This document shows positions 9,330 through 18,842 of a stretch of 64,000 nt of DNA, piece by piece. Position 1 is the first letter of the stretch. Each line of letters opens with the position of its first letter. The DNA is from a virus (taxonomy: Duplodnaviria > Caudoviricetes): positions 694 to 64,693 of IMG/VR virus record IMGVR_UViG_3300042397_001305; one strand, 5' to 3'. Under the pieces are notes generated by a model, which did no database searches, was not told the origin of the DNA, and saw only the letters and a program-made list of their open reading frames with translations. A program made the position numbers and the translations under genes.

Positions 9330-11489
9330 TTATATAAAACCTGAACCATTGAAGTACAATGGGTACTCTAAATCAGGTGGTGGTAATATTGTTGGTAATA
9401 AACAAGATGGGTCTAACCATAATACTTTATAATATCCTGAAGGTATTGCGGCTCCCGATGTTACAAAAACGTCTTGAGAAAACAAAACACTATCAGGGAC
9501 ACCATTATTAAGAATTGATGAGGTACAAGGAGCGACATATCCAATATTAACTGATATATTAATTACTGAGGGTTGGAATGGTTCATCGTTTGGTACCCAT
9601 ATTGTATAAAAATATTGTATAGATGGGTTAACACTTGTTGAGTCAACCTCTATAGTATTAAAACCATAAGAATTACAATCAAAATCGTCAATAAGTCTTG
9701 AACTTTTAAGATTACCAACATTAGAAATAAAATTACCACTACCACCAGTAAATCCTGAGTAATGTATGTATATATCTAAATTATTAGAATAACCAACTGT
9801 CGAAGGTAATCCACTATTACCCCACCCTAAGAAAGTACTACCACTACTTGTCATATAAGCACTTAAATCACTTAATGAAGTTGAGTCTTGTGGTTCGGGA
9901 ACAATATACGTATACTCTAAGTTATTATAAGGATAGGTAGGTGTTGGTGTAGGTGTTGGTGTAGGATTTGGTGACGTTGGAATATACGTTAACGTATTTC
10001 CTGTTAAATAATTACCCCCACATAATTGAATTATTCTAAAATACCAAGTACCTGAACCATCTCCGGTATCAACAATTCTTGATGTTGAACAAGTACCTGT
10101 ATCCGCTGTCCAAGTAATTGTATCTCTAGAGTATTCAATATCGACTGAGGTACAATTGTAACTTGTTGAAAATATGGTCCCATATGTTGACCCCGATAAT
10201 TGCACCACACTATTCAAAACTGGTGTAATACAACCAATTGTTTGAGTCATTGTTGGTGTTGGTGTGGGTGTTGGTACTATAGCACAGCTAGGGTCAGAAG
10301 ATGCCGCATTAATACCTGCGGTTGTTGTTTGAACTAACGTGAATGTTGGAACAGACATACTGTCCACTCTATAGACACTACCATCATATGCGTAAATATA
10401 AACATACCCATCTTTTGACGATAAACCGTAATTTGACCCAATAGATAATGTAATATCAATATCATATTCAACAGAACCTGTTGTATAATCAAACTGTGTT
10501 AACCAATTAATACCACCTCCAGCGCTTGATACAAATAATTTATCTGTGGTTGGTAAGTAAGCTAAATCACCACCTAAATTTCTATTAGTTCCGGGTAACG
10601 AAAATTTATCAATAACCACTAAATTACTACCATTACCACCCGATACATTAAATTCCACAACAATAGATGATGACCCCGGGTCTAATCTTGTAGATATTAA
10701 AGTAGTATTATCTTTCGCAACTAAACCATTTAACTCAAAAGAATAATTTAAAGTTTTATTATAAGCAGCACTAAATGGTGTTGGAATTATTGAATATTCC
10801 GTTAATTCATATGGAGGTGCAACTGATGTTGTCCAAAATCTACCATAACTATTTGCAACATCACCAATTAATAATGGGTTTGGAAATGTTAGAGGTGTTA
10901 AAGTATTTGTGTTAATATCATATTTTGAAATGGTAGTACCGGTATTAAATACGACATAGGTTGAACAGTCTACAATAACAGGTGTTGCAGATGGTGTAAC
11001 TGTAGGGGTTGGGGTTGGTAATACACAAGTATTATTAACACACGGTAATCCCATAGAATATGTTACATCACCAACAATAATTGATGGTGATTTCCCACAA
11101 ACATAAAGAGTTGTTCCGGAATTAATTTTAAAATTAATTTCTTGATTATCACAATCAATATAACTAAACGCACCAAGTGTTGTTCCTGTATTTGTAAAAG
11201 TTATACAATTACAGGAAATATTTGTTGGGGTTATTGTTGGGGTTGGAGTGAATGTTGGTGTTGGTGTAGGGGTAAAACAATTGTAATTTGAAAAGGTCTC
11301 ACATCCGGAAGAATCGGTAATCACCACAATTACTTCTTGCGTTCCCGATAGTTCCGTAGGAATCTCTACCGTAATTGGTGCCGACGTAACACCAGATGCG
11401 ACAACATAACAATAAGATTTAGTGATATCACAAATTGTGATATCATATGGGGAATGTCCGGTTAAAGTAGTGATTTCAATTATCTGCAT
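9330..11489 (-). CDS. putative virion protein: Cys-rich domains and a beta-propeller-like domain joined by Pro/Thr linkers
   Basis: Four (PT)n tracts; GDVA/GDLAY blade-like repeats; C-terminal domain paralogous to 30832..31710; TATTTATA upstream. Confidence 0.6.
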   Translation of the reverse strand: MQIIEITTLTGHSPYDITICDITKSYCYVVASGVTSAPITVEIPTELSGTQEVIVVITDSSGCETFSNYNCFTPTPTPTFTPTPTITPTNISCNCITFTNTGTTLGAFSYIDCDNQEINFKINSGTTLYVCGKSPSIIVGDVTYSMGLPCVNNTCVLPTPTPTVTPSATPVIVDCSTYVVFNTGTTISKYDINTNTLTPLTFPNPLLIGDVANSYGRFWTTSVAPPYELTEYSIIPTPFSAAYNKTLNYSFELNGLVAKDNTTLISTRLDPGSSSIVVEFNVSGGNGSNLVVIDKFSLPGTNRNLGGDLAYLPTTDKLFVSSAGGGINWLTQFDYTTGSVEYDIDITLSIGSNYGLSSKDGYVYIYAYDGSVYRVDSMSVPTFTLVQTTTAGINAASSDPSCAIVPTPTPTPTMTQTIGCITPVLNSVVQLSGSTYGTIFSTSYNCTSVDIEYSRDTITWTADTGTCSTSRIVDTGDGSGTWYFRIIQLCGGNYLTGNTLTYIPTSPNPTPTPTPTPTYPYNNLEYTYIVPEPQDSTSLSDLSAYMTSSGSTFLGWGNSGLPSTVGYSNNLDIYIHYSGFTGGSGNFISNVGNLKSSRLIDDFDCNSYGFNTIEVDSTSVNPSIQYFYTIWVPNDEPFQPSVINISVNIGYVAPCTSSILNNGVPDSVLFSQDVFVTSGAAIPSGYYKVLWLDPSCLLPTILPPPDLEYPLYFNGSGFI

Positions 11490-11492
11490 ATC

Positions 11493-11500
11493 TATAAATA
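11493..11500 (-). promoter_or_regulatory. putative late promoter TATTTATA
   Basis: Ends 3 nt before ATG 11489. Confidence 0.55.
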
Positions 11501-11503
11501 TGA

Positions 11504-14500
11504 TTACCTCATCTTTTGTAACTCTTCTAAAGTATATTCGTTAGCGTCAACATCCCAATCATAGAATGTACTATCAACGCCTTTATGTAAAACACCTCCC
11601 GGCACACATAACACGAAATTATTGTTTGTCATTCTTGCCGGTGATTTTGGGTTCCAAAATGATACTTCCCAATCTAATCCTGCATACCAAGAAGAATTAT
11701 GTGGTTGTCCGTGTTGACTATCTAAATGAATTGGTAATAAACTTTTTAAATCACTTACTCTCATAAACATATGTCCGGCCCTTAATGAGCGTTTTTCACA
11801 TAGATTACCGAATCTAGTATTTCTCCACCCAAGTTCCTCGTGTTCTTTACTCATATACCCGCTAGCAAAAAATATGTCCGGGTTTTCATTTAAAATGTTA
11901 CAATACGTGCTTAATGGTTCTAATAATAAATTATCTTGGTCAGTAAATTGAATGAAATCATAATCATCAATGTTAACGTCATCTAACATTTGAAGTAATG
12001 CGCCTCGTTGACCTAAATTAAAACTTGAGGAATAAAACGTAAATTTATCATCAATATTTTCATTAATAACTTTTGTAACTTCCCCTTTTGAATTATCATT
12101 AGTATTATCCACAATATAGATATCATTGGTATAACCATTTTCTCTAATATCTTTAAGACAATTAATAATGTTTTTAATATGATGTGGTCGTTTATATGAT
12201 GTTAATAGTGTTGCTATTTTAACTTCTTTAACTAAGTTAGGTAAGATGTTATTCTCAAAATTATTAGTAATTTTTTCCCAACAATAATTTTCATTAACAT
12301 ACTCGGAAATTTCTTTTAATTTTTCAGGAGTTGCAAAATCTTCATAATTTTTATATATAGTATCCATTTGAAGTGACAACATTTGAAGATTCGGTTCCCC
12401 CCAATTTCCGGTCATCCAAGGATGACCAACCACAGGGACTTCATTAGTTGGAATATTTATATATTTTCCTCTAACCAATTCAGTAGACCCTGGTTCTGAT
12501 GTTGAGATTACCGGTAAACCACAACCCATAGCTTCTAATACTGTCATACCAAATGTATCGGCTCTTGAAGGGTAAACATAGACGTGACATTCATTGTATA
12601 ACTCCAATGTTCTTTCGTGCCCAACATCGGACTTATCCCAAAATATATTTGAGTTTTCATCAACGTATTTTTGGACTTCATTACCCCCATAGAATAACAT
12701 AGCGGTATTTGATTTTAAATGTAACTCAACATTTGGATTGTCCTTATATAATTCTGTAAACGCCTTTAATAAATGAAAAATACCTTTTCTATCACTACAC
12801 TCACCAACATATAGAAATTTAAACTTATCACCCATCACTCTTGGTTTATACGTAAATTCGTTTTTTTCTATTCCGTGAGGAAATACAAATATTGGTTTGT
12901 CGACACCCATTTTAATCATTCTTTCTTTAGATAAATTGGAAGGTGTTAGGATATAATCAATTTCTTTAGATTTTTCAACAAATCGACTATAACCACCTGT
13001 AGTGTCCACACCGGTATAAATAACTTTAGTTTTAAATTCTTTTAATTCATTTACCATATCAGGATAAGCAAACATAATACCCAAATCGTGATTAATTGGT
13101 TTTTTAATTAATTCGTGAATTAATTCGTTTTTGGTTTCGGTAACTCCAATAATTTCTTTACAAGAAGCATCGCTAATTTGTAAATTTTCAAGAATCTTTT
13201 GAGATAGGATTCCCATAGATGCGTAATCATCATATTTTGCTAACCAAGTAAACTTTGGTTTATTAATTGTTCTAAACTCAACTTTTTTTCCTTTGGTTGT
13301 TGAAGTAACAATGTCTTCAATAACCATTTCTTTTGTACATTCAAAAATATGAGATAGTCTAACAATATCGTCATCATATCTAATTTTTTCAAAATTATCC
13401 CCTGATTTATTCACAATAATAAAAACATCATCCTCATTTAATAATGATTTAACATCTTCATAACTTAAATTTTTTAACACAACAACTTTTTCTGTATTAA
13501 TAAATTTTTCAAGTTTTAATTTATTTGTATGTTGTTGACCGGTAATTAAATTACTATCAACTAAATTAAATGATTTACCTTGAGAATGATTAATCGGAAA
13601 ATTAACAAATTGGTCTTCCCAATCGTAACCGGATTTAATCTGACTATAACCTAATTCATATCCGTTAGAACTAACTCTATTTGATATATCGTTGTCATCA
13701 TAATAACCTAAACCATATCCTTCATTTAATAATCCTATTTTATTTAAAATAGATTTTTTAACAATAAAACAACAACCTAATATAAACCCATCACATAATA
13801 CAGGTCCTACTAACCCATTATTTTCATTTTGACATAAATCAAGTAATTGTGTCTCCCAATTATCATATAATGACGCATCACTATTTAAACAAAGCATATA
13901 TTCGTTTTTACAAAGTTTAAATGATTCATTAACAGCTTTGATAAAACCAATCGCTTTCTCAACAATAATCAATTTAATTATTGGGTTTGTTTTGGCAAAT
14001 AATCTTAATTTATCGTTTTCAGATTCTATGGTTCCATTTGAATATAAGATAACCTCATCAATATGTTTTGATGTTGATAAGGTTGTCTGAACATTAACTA
14101 TTGTGTCATCAACATTATTATATATTGGAACAACTAATGAGATGTTATTGGATAAATCTTTTTTTTTTGAGTATTCTATATAACCTATACCGGCAAACCC
14201 TCCTTTGTGATTGGCGGCATTATAAAAATATTCTAAAATATTTCCATCTAATAATTGGGGATACATAAATTCAACACTTTCATATTTTTGTTTAAGTTCT
14301 GACCATAGTGTTGAAACAAAACAATTATTCTCAGCGTGGAATTGACTATCAATAATGTCGTGAAATCCAACAATAGAATTTTCATTTAAGAATTGTTCGT
14401 ACAAATCAAAATCTCCCTTAACACCTTCATATGTATGGTCACCATCAATAAAAAGAAAATCTACCTTTTTACCATCTAAAATTTCCCGTAATCTCTCAAC

Positions 14501-15640
14501 TAAATAAGGGTGTTTCGAATCTCCATTAATTGCGAAAAATTGTTTGTTTGTTAAATTAGCCTGTTCTAAAGCATCTGAAATAACATAAGTTCTTTCCTCA
14601 AATCCTTGTCCTCCGTGAATACCAATTGGGTAATCAATACTAATAACAATTTCTGCTGATGGAACTTCAAACCATCTTGCCAATGTTCCTCCATTTGCGG
14701 TTCCAATCTCAACAATAATTTTAGGTTGATGATTATTAACCGTAAGTTGTAGATTTTCAATTTCTAAAGGAATTTGCATCGAACCATTTCTTCTTCTTTT
14801 GGTTTCAGGTTTTAAATAAAGTCGGTCAAAAGTGTTTTTAAAAAATATCTCGTGTCTATAAAATTCAATAGGAAATTCAGATGAAATACTATGATAATGA
14901 ATTGTTGGACACTCAGGTCTTTCAAAAATATCAACACCGGTAAACATTCTATGTTTAATTTTATTTAAGTCTGAAAATTCCGGTAAATTATATTCTGTAT
15001 GTGAGAAACTTAAAATCTTCTTTCTAATATCTTCCGGAGACATAAAAAATGATAAGTGATAACCACCATCTTCAATATGAGTACAATTAAAGGTGTAGTC
15101 TCTTAAATCATTAAACCTTAACATATTTTTTAAAGTAAAATTATTAATAGCGACGGTTGCAAAACAATCAATTAATACTTCAGTTAACGGAGAATAATAG
15201 AATGTTTTCATTTTAAATGAAACCGCATCCATATTAAAATCTTTTGTCATACGACGAGCCTCATCAAACAATTCTTTTTTAGGGAATTCATCCACACACG
15301 AAAGAAGAATCATACAATCATCATCCGAAAATTCTAAAGTTTTTGTTCTTAAACATTCAACTTGTTGTCTTTCTAAATGCCATTTATCTTCTTTTAGTTT
15401 TTCCAAATCATTTTCAGTTGGTTCATAAACAATATAATGAATTCTATCACTATATTCTTCAAATAAATGAGAAATAGTCGGATAAACCAATTCTTTAGGT
15501 ATTCCTGTTAATGTTGTCGTGCTTTCCGAAATAACGAAGTAATCTACACAATCACCATAATAATCCAATCTCATTTTTAACATTTCCAATTCATCGTTGA
15601 ATAGGAAACAATCTACAATTTTATAATTTTTATCTGTCAT
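11504..15640 (-). CDS. multidomain glycan-synthesis protein: GT17 + SAM methyltransferase (Methyltransf_24-like) + GT2 + GT4 + GT2
   Basis: DCFLFNDELEMLKMRL/GYHLSFF (GT17); VEIGTANGGT, FIDGDHTYEGV and GFHDI (MTase); VVPIYN/LNSDA (GT2); DRKGI, PSRADTFGMTVLEAMGCGLPVI (GT4); TSYKRP/FTDQD (GT2). Confidence 0.85.
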   Translation of the reverse strand: MTDKNYKIVDCFLFNDELEMLKMRLDYYGDCVDYFVISESTTTLTGIPKELVYPTISHLFEEYSDRIHYIVYEPTENDLEKLKEDKWHLERQQVECLRTKTLEFSDDDCMILLSCVDEFPKKELFDEARRMTKDFNMDAVSFKMKTFYYSPLTEVLIDCFATVAINNFTLKNMLRFNDLRDYTFNCTHIEDGGYHLSFFMSPEDIRKKILSFSHTEYNLPEFSDLNKIKHRMFTGVDIFERPECPTIHYHSISSEFPIEFYRHEIFFKNTFDRLYLKPETKRRRNGSMQIPLEIENLQLTVNNHQPKIIVEIGTANGGTLARWFEVPSAEIVISIDYPIGIHGGQGFEERTYVISDALEQANLTNKQFFAINGDSKHPYLVERLREILDGKKVDFLFIDGDHTYEGVKGDFDLYEQFLNENSIVGFHDIIDSQFHAENNCFVSTLWSELKQKYESVEFMYPQLLDGNILEYFYNAANHKGGFAGIGYIEYSKKKDLSNNISLVVPIYNNVDDTIVNVQTTLSTSKHIDEVILYSNGTIESENDKLRLFAKTNPIIKLIIVEKAIGFIKAVNESFKLCKNEYMLCLNSDASLYDNWETQLLDLCQNENNGLVGPVLCDGFILGCCFIVKKSILNKIGLLNEGYGLGYYDDNDISNRVSSNGYELGYSQIKSGYDWEDQFVNFPINHSQGKSFNLVDSNLITGQQHTNKLKLEKFINTEKVVVLKNLSYEDVKSLLNEDDVFIIVNKSGDNFEKIRYDDDIVRLSHIFECTKEMVIEDIVTSTTKGKKVEFRTINKPKFTWLAKYDDYASMGILSQKILENLQISDASCKEIIGVTETKNELIHELIKKPINHDLGIMFAYPDMVNELKEFKTKVIYTGVDTTGGYSRFVEKSKEIDYILTPSNLSKERMIKMGVDKPIFVFPHGIEKNEFTYKPRVMGDKFKFLYVGECSDRKGIFHLLKAFTELYKDNPNVELHLKSNTAMLFYGGNEVQKYVDENSNIFWDKSDVGHERTLELYNECHVYVYPSRADTFGMTVLEAMGCGLPVISTSEPGSTELVRGKYINIPTNEVPVVGHPWMTGNWGEPNLQMLSLQMDTIYKNYEDFATPEKLKEISEYVNENYCWEKITNNFENNILPNLVKEVKIATLLTSYKRPHHIKNIINCLKDIRENGYTNDIYIVDNTNDNSKGEVTKVINENIDDKFTFYSSSFNLGQRGALLQMLDDVNIDDYDFIQFTDQDNLLLEPLSTYCNILNENPDIFFASGYMSKEHEELGWRNTRFGNLCEKRSLRAGHMFMRVSDLKSLLPIHLDSQHGQPHNSSWYAGLDWEVSFWNPKSPARMTNNNFVLCVPGGVLHKGVDSTFYDWDVDANEYTLEELQKMR

Positions 15641-15646
15641 TTTTTT

Positions 15647-16930
15647 TTATAATACGTTAATAATATCAGTTAATTGGATTAAGTCCATACATTCTTTTCT
15701 TTCAGGTTGTTGTAAATCCAACCACCATTTTCTAGATGAAAAATCTTTACCACAATCTTTTTCAATATATCTAACACCGGGATGTTTTGCGTGGTCATTA
15801 TAAAATGGTGTTAAACAAATCCCAACCTCAGGTTTGATTGATGATGCAAAATGGTGGAAAAATGTGTCAACACTAATCCATAATGAACATTCATCTACCA
15901 TTGACGCTAATTTAGGTAATGGTTGGTCCAAGAACTTTAAATCAACCATAGGAATCTGATTATCTTTAAATGACCCAACTTGGACAACATAATAACCTCT
16001 TTGTTGTAGTTCATTAACTAATTTTAACCATCTAATTTCTTTCCAATTTTTATTTGAATCAACATCCTGTATTTTTGCGGCACTACTACAAATTATTGCG
16101 ATAGGTTTATCTCCGTTTTGAAGGTCATCACTTTCCCTTTTTCCATTATAAATTAAAACATCTTTATCTGTTCGTTTATAACCATACAACTCAAAAAACG
16201 CATCGACAATAGTTTTAGAATTATTTGCGGAACCTTGTTCATATACAAATCTTCTATACCCACCAAATAACTCATCATTCCAATGGATATAACCTTTAAA
16301 CTCTAAGTGTTCAAATACAACCGGATATTTACAACAAATATGAACATTTTTATGAATTTTCTCTAACAATGGTAACGACATAACGTGGTCCCCCATTCCA
16401 CCATCAAGATAAAATATCTTGTCGTAAAAAATAGGGTTATCGACTTTTTTATTATATCTTATACAATCTTCACTATCATCATTAAAATCTAATCTATATT
16501 TTTTGTATTGGGTTAATAAATCAATAATAAACCATTTAATGGATTGATATTTTGAATCCATATTCAACCCTAAAAATTGTTGTTTAGAACCATATAATGA
16601 TTCGGTTATTTTAGGGTCAAAAGTGTTTAACCTAATTGATGAACAATCCTCATCTAAGATTAATATGAATTCGGTATTACTTTTAGTTATTAATTCAACA
16701 ATAGAATCTGTTTTTGATTTTTCAGTTGGGTTAGCATTATATCTAGAAAAACCAATAATACTTTGTTTAATTTCGTTGTCATTCCAAGGAATATATCCTT
16801 TAGAATTTAAGTTAAGTGAAAAATACCCAACACCTCTAAAGTCTTCAATTACCTTTAATAGTTTTTTTAATTTATCTTGATTCTCAGTATGAATTATTAC
16901 TGTTATTTTATTTCTGCTTTGTTGTCTCAT
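15647..16930 (-). CDS. GT9 (ADP-heptose heptosyltransferase-like) glycosyltransferase with N-terminal extension
   Basis: GGMGDHVMSLPLL, NKNWKEIRWLKLVNEL and ISVDTFFHHFAS motifs. Confidence 0.75.
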   Translation of the reverse strand: MRQQSRNKITVIIHTENQDKLKKLLKVIEDFRGVGYFSLNLNSKGYIPWNDNEIKQSIIGFSRYNANPTEKSKTDSIVELITKSNTEFILILDEDCSSIRLNTFDPKITESLYGSKQQFLGLNMDSKYQSIKWFIIDLLTQYKKYRLDFNDDSEDCIRYNKKVDNPIFYDKIFYLDGGMGDHVMSLPLLEKIHKNVHICCKYPVVFEHLEFKGYIHWNDELFGGYRRFVYEQGSANNSKTIVDAFFELYGYKRTDKDVLIYNGKRESDDLQNGDKPIAIICSSAAKIQDVDSNKNWKEIRWLKLVNELQQRGYYVVQVGSFKDNQIPMVDLKFLDQPLPKLASMVDECSLWISVDTFFHHFASSIKPEVGICLTPFYNDHAKHPGVRYIEKDCGKDFSSRKWWLDLQQPERKECMDLIQLTDIINVL

Positions 16931-16935
16931 AAAAC

Positions 16936-17667
16936 TTATGGAGTTGCAACCCCCCTTTTTGATACCACAATTGAAGACATTTCATTTGCGTAGATTATTG
17001 ATGTCTTAACATCTCTTGTTTGATAATATTTTAATATGAATGATGAAGTAAATGTATCACCGGCACCACTTACATCTATAGTTTCTTGGGGATTTGGACT
17101 TGGATAAACAACACCTTGATACATAGTTCCTCTCGAACCCAATGTTATCAAAACATTATCTAAATCCGATAATTCTTTATTGTTTATTGATTCTTGTTCG
17201 TTTAACTTAACAAAGTCAAAACAATTAATAATGTCTTGTGTTAATTTTCGTTTTGAATCTAATATGGTAATTCCTCCCATCGTACAAAGTTCTTTTAAAA
17301 TACTATCATCTAAAAACCCTTTGTTATAATCACTAACAATTATGATATTAAAAAATTGATTCATATTAATATCACTAATCTCTTGAACTAAATCTTCACC
17401 TTCGTCCACTCGAATAAACATATGGTTACTTTTCTTATCCACATATCTTGTCTTTGTAATTGGAGCGAATTGATACCAATGTGTAATATCATTATAATCA
17501 ACACCCAACGCTCTTAAATTCTCCACAACATTTCCCGACATTCCTTTATTCTCGGTGGTTTCCACCGGGATTAGGACAGGAACGGGAGCTTCCGGTGATA
17601 ATCTATCAATCTTACAATAAACAAACCTGTCAATACAGGATTCACCTACGACTAAAACTTTAAACAT
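16936..17667 (-). CDS. hldA: PfkB-family sugar kinase, HldA/RfaE domain I-like (heptose-7-phosphate kinase)
   Basis: VLVVGESCIDRF, RLSPEAPVPV, ITKTRY, VSDYNKG and DVSGAGDTF motifs. Confidence 0.8.
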   Translation of the reverse strand: MFKVLVVGESCIDRFVYCKIDRLSPEAPVPVLIPVETTENKGMSGNVVENLRALGVDYNDITHWYQFAPITKTRYVDKKSNHMFIRVDEGEDLVQEISDINMNQFFNIIIVSDYNKGFLDDSILKELCTMGGITILDSKRKLTQDIINCFDFVKLNEQESINNKELSDLDNVLITLGSRGTMYQGVVYPSPNPQETIDVSGAGDTFTSSFILKYYQTRDVKTSIIYANEMSSIVVSKRGVATP

Positions 17668-18043
17668 TCTTTAATGTGTTTGTTGTTGAATACCCCTCGA
17701 TTCTGTCAAAGAATATTACCTCTTTAACCAATTCAGAACCAATGACATTCTTATCTTTATAATCCGAACCAACAATCATAACATCAGTTTCCCAATCTTT
17801 AATTTGTCGTCTTAATTCATTATCCGTTGAAAACCCAACTACGTCATAAACATAACGGATGGATTCCATTAATTTTATTCTATCTTTCCAAGTATTAACC
17901 GGACGACCATCTCCTTTGAATTGTTTAACCCTTGAATCTGTGTCAATGCCTACTCTAACTTTACCAAACACACTCGCAAATTTTAATAACTCAATATGTC
18001 CAATATGAAGAACATCGAATGTTCCGTTTACCCAAACTCTCAT
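17660..18043 (-). CDS. hldC: HldC/RfaE domain II-like heptose-1-phosphate nucleotidyltransferase
   Basis: NGTFDVLHIGH, FKGDGRPVN, GSDY and GYSTT motifs; ATG at 18043 overlaps the upstream stop. Confidence 0.8.
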   Translation of the reverse strand: MRVWVNGTFDVLHIGHIELLKFASVFGKVRVGIDTDSRVKQFKGDGRPVNTWKDRIKLMESIRYVYDVVGFSTDNELRRQIKDWETDVMIVGSDYKDKNVIGSELVKEVIFFDRIEGYSTTNTLKNV

Positions 18044-18426
18044 TTTTGAGAATCTCCTTTCCATACTCTATAAGAATCACTATCTGCGTGGGTTGTGGAT
18101 ACCTCGAAGATTACACCATCAGATAACGCCTCTAATTGGTGGGGCTGACCAGGTCTTTGTCTAACCGTATCACCAACTTTTAATATTTTCTCAATAACCT
18201 CAGCAGTTTCAGTATCAATCCATCTATAGATAAATTCACCTTTATCAACATACCAAGTTTCATCTTTAATCATATGATAGTGCATTGAAAATTTTGCACC
18301 TTTGTCAAAGCACAATAATTTACCACAATAAAGTTCATTATTCTCAATAATGATTTCTTTACCCCATCCTTTTGGGACACAACATCCCTCACATTCAATT
18401 ACATTAATTACATTAGGTTTTTCCAT
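18040..18426 (-). CDS. cupin (sugar isomerase-like)
   Basis: VPKGWGKE, SMHYHMIKDETW, PGQPH and FEVSTTH..DSYR motifs. Confidence 0.8.
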   Translation of the reverse strand: MEKPNVINVIECEGCCVPKGWGKEIIIENNELYCGKLLCFDKGAKFSMHYHMIKDETWYVDKGEFIYRWIDTETAEVIEKILKVGDTVRQRPGQPHQLEALSDGVIFEVSTTHADSDSYRVWKGDSQK

Positions 18427-18752
18427 TCAAAGTCCTCCCACTCGTTCATTCTGATTGCTTTATCGTCAACATAAAAGTCGGCGCTTGGTTTTCCAAAATA
18501 TACCTCATCATAAGGAACATCATATTTCTTTAACCATTCAAATAATATGGGGGATTGAACTGAGATTACTTTCCCAACATTCCCTGAGTAAGTTTGCATA
18601 TTTCTCGCAGTATGGAGAATTATGTAATGTCCGTCTTTTCTTAATTTTTTTAAGGTTTCGACAGCACCTTTTTTAGGTAGAACGTCTTGGTATTGTTCAC
18701 CTTCTTTTTTTAATTCAGCAATTGTTCCATCAACATCAAAACAAAATCTCAT
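18408..18752 (-). CDS. small HAD phosphatase (EcbF/BcbF capsule-biosynthesis type)
   Basis: FCFDVDGTI, ILHTAR and GKPSADFYVDDKA motifs; start moved to ATG 18752. Confidence 0.8.
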   Translation of the reverse strand: MRFCFDVDGTIAELKKEGEQYQDVLPKKGAVETLKKLRKDGHYIILHTARNMQTYSGNVGKVISVQSPILFEWLKKYDVPYDEVYFGKPSADFYVDDKAIRMNEWEDFEWKNLM

Positions 18753-18800
18753 ATTATTTAACTTTGTCTTAATAATAAACAATTACGAAAAAACATAAAT

Positions 18801-18825
18801 AAAAAACCCCACTAAAAAGTGGGGT
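18801..18825 (-). terminator. rho-independent terminator after the giant fibre gene
   Basis: ACCCCACT-TTTT-AGTGGGGT followed by a T run on the minus strand. Confidence 0.85.
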
Positions 18826-18842
18826 ATGACATAATTATTATT

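Noticed and set aside
682-18752. Bacterial capsule/LPS locus or eukaryotic giant-virus origin
   Set aside because: No flippase, polymerase or export genes; interleaved with virion-type genes; the gp23-type capsid, gp5-like hub and rho-independent terminators indicate a tailed phage
9310-18801. TATTTAT copies upstream of the GT operons (9311-9317 and 18795-18801)
   Set aside because: Further from the start codons than the other copies, and one overlaps a terminator tail; could be chance in AT-rich DNA, so not counted as promoters
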